Origin: Lama guanicoe
Lineage: Eukaryota
Length of the DNA: 64,000 nt
Direction: 5' to 3'
Assembly: GCA_013239625.1 (NCBI GenBank)
Contig: MU057202.1
Span: 1,997,101-2,061,100, forward strand
Position numbers and translations under genes: made by a program. Shown piece by piece: positions 62,751 to 64,000 of this stretch; within the stretch, counting starts at the first letter, position 1; each line of letters starts with the position of its first letter. The notes below the pieces were generated by a model. That model was not told the origin of the DNA, ran no database searches, and worked only from the letters and a program-made list of their open reading frames with translations.

Positions 62751-63879
62751 AGGGGAAACGTCTGCTGGACGCCTGCACGTTCGCTCGCGGGGGCACCACT
62801 TGGCAACGGTGGTCTTTGGCGTGGGGGGTCATCACGATTACTCACACGCGTGCCTGTGGTTTCTGAGGGAGGCCCCATCACAAAGGCTGAGGGCACGGGG
62901 CTGTGAAAGGGGTCAGCAGCGGGCTCCCGGGGTGGGCACCAAGAAAAAGTTCCCAAGTCAGATTTGGGGTGCTTGGAAGCAAAAGAAAATCGCCCAGAGA
63001 CGAGTCTCTCCAGGTACAGAAGGCAGTTCTTAGGAGACCCCTGGCAGCTCCGTTCCTCCAGCAGAGTCTCGCCATGACCCCCAAAACAGGGGTCAAGAGG
63101 TCATGATGCTGGGCTCTAGGTGAAGACGCTGAAGGACAGCTTTTGTCCAGATCCGTGTTTGTGGTCTCCCTTTTGGTGCCAGATCCTCTCTCACGGAGCT
63201 GGAGACTCGCTGGAGACGGGGCCAAGCGAGTCAGCAGATAAGAGAATGTGAAATTAAGCTGAACTTCCCTTCCCACTCTGAGCAGCCCAACCCGGCTGTG
63301 GATTTCATGAGAACGGCTCTCTCCTGAGGTTTGTGCTAATTCCTTCTCCCCGCCGGGCTGGGAATGCCATCAAGCAGCTGTGCTGGTGTGGTCCGGGGTG
63401 TCTGAGTCTGTCCTGACAGCCCCTGGAGAGCCCACGCGTCTGCGGACGCAGGGAGGACGTTTCAGGAACCTGCAGCCGTGTCAGAGCAGAGCTCCGAGCT
63501 GAAGAAGGAGGGCCGCTTTGCTCGGTTTTCTGGCTCGTTCCTGGGACTGGTTCTGATTTCATGCTCCTGCGCACTGGGGGCAAGAGTCACCGCCTCACCC
63601 AGTGCGGGTGTGAGAACCTCAGTTAGTGCCGGCAAGCCCTGCACGCTTGTCCTGGTTTCTTCTCTCCCAAGCTGTGTGAGCTTGGGGAGGTTCCTTGCCT
63701 TCTCTGAACCCCCGCTGATGCAACGAAAATACTGGTCTCCACCTGCATCCAGGGCTAGACCAGACTGTCTTTTGGGAGCCCTCAACCACTTAGCTGTCTG
63801 ATAGACAGCAGCTCTGGGAATCTAACCCAGGTTTGTCCATTCAAAGCCACCAGCCTTTCACCCCTCTCCCAGAAGTCCA

Positions 63880-64000
63880 GGAGGTAAGTGGTTAAAAGTG
63901 CAGACTCCACCCTTCACTGAGCACCTGACTAAATCTCTTCACCCCTCAGTCTCCTCGCCTGTAAAAATGGGCCAATAATAGACCTGTCTCCTGGGGCTGA
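63880..64000 (+). mobile_element. MIR SINE fragment running off the window end
   Basis: gtggttaaaagtgcagact...cctcagtctcctcgcctgtaaaaatgggccaataatagacct. Confidence 0.7.

Noticed and set aside
9000-64000. Numerous 60-226 aa ORFs (e.g. 14037-14711, 34455-35081, 36865-37545, 48235-48855)
   Set aside because: They show no domains or recognisable homology, many start at non-ATG codons or overlap repeats, and they are expected by chance at this GC content. Spliced lncRNA exons cannot be excluded from sequence alone.
1-64000. CRISPR array, operon, or other prokaryote-like or novel coding system
   Set aside because: There is no repeat-spacer periodicity or dense coding structure; the sequence is a typical mammalian gene desert.

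Overview
GC-rich mammalian genomic DNA, most likely from a camelid: two tRNA-Ala-derived SINEs of the vic-1 type are present, and I saw no Alu, Bov-A/Bov-tA or PRE1 elements. The only supportable protein-coding gene is the single-exon forkhead transcription factor FOXL1 (5310-6350, +), whose forkhead box is hidden under 231 Ns. By established synteny, FOXC2, MTHFSD and FOXF1 should lie just left of the window. The remaining ~55 kb is a downstream gene desert containing ancient repeats (MIR, L2, L1M, MaLR LTRs, Tigger1, MER3/20/33/63, Charlie), younger insertions with target-site duplications (vic-1 SINE, L1 3' end, MER41-like solo LTR), orphan CpG-rich islands and AT-rich, motif-dense candidate enhancers. 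I found no novel coding system; the other ORFs in the track look like GC-driven noise. Best leads: (1) the four N-runs behave like exact-length masks over conserved sequence and may mark the key regulatory elements; (2) paired FOX:ETS-like composite motifs upstream of FOXL1; (3) a near-identical 233-bp tandem duplication of a palindromic element; (4) an in-frame upstream ORF; (5) an orphan CpG island with (GGC)8-ATG. Repeat names come from remembered consensus sequences. Repeat boundaries are approximate unless TSDs or terminal repeats are quoted.
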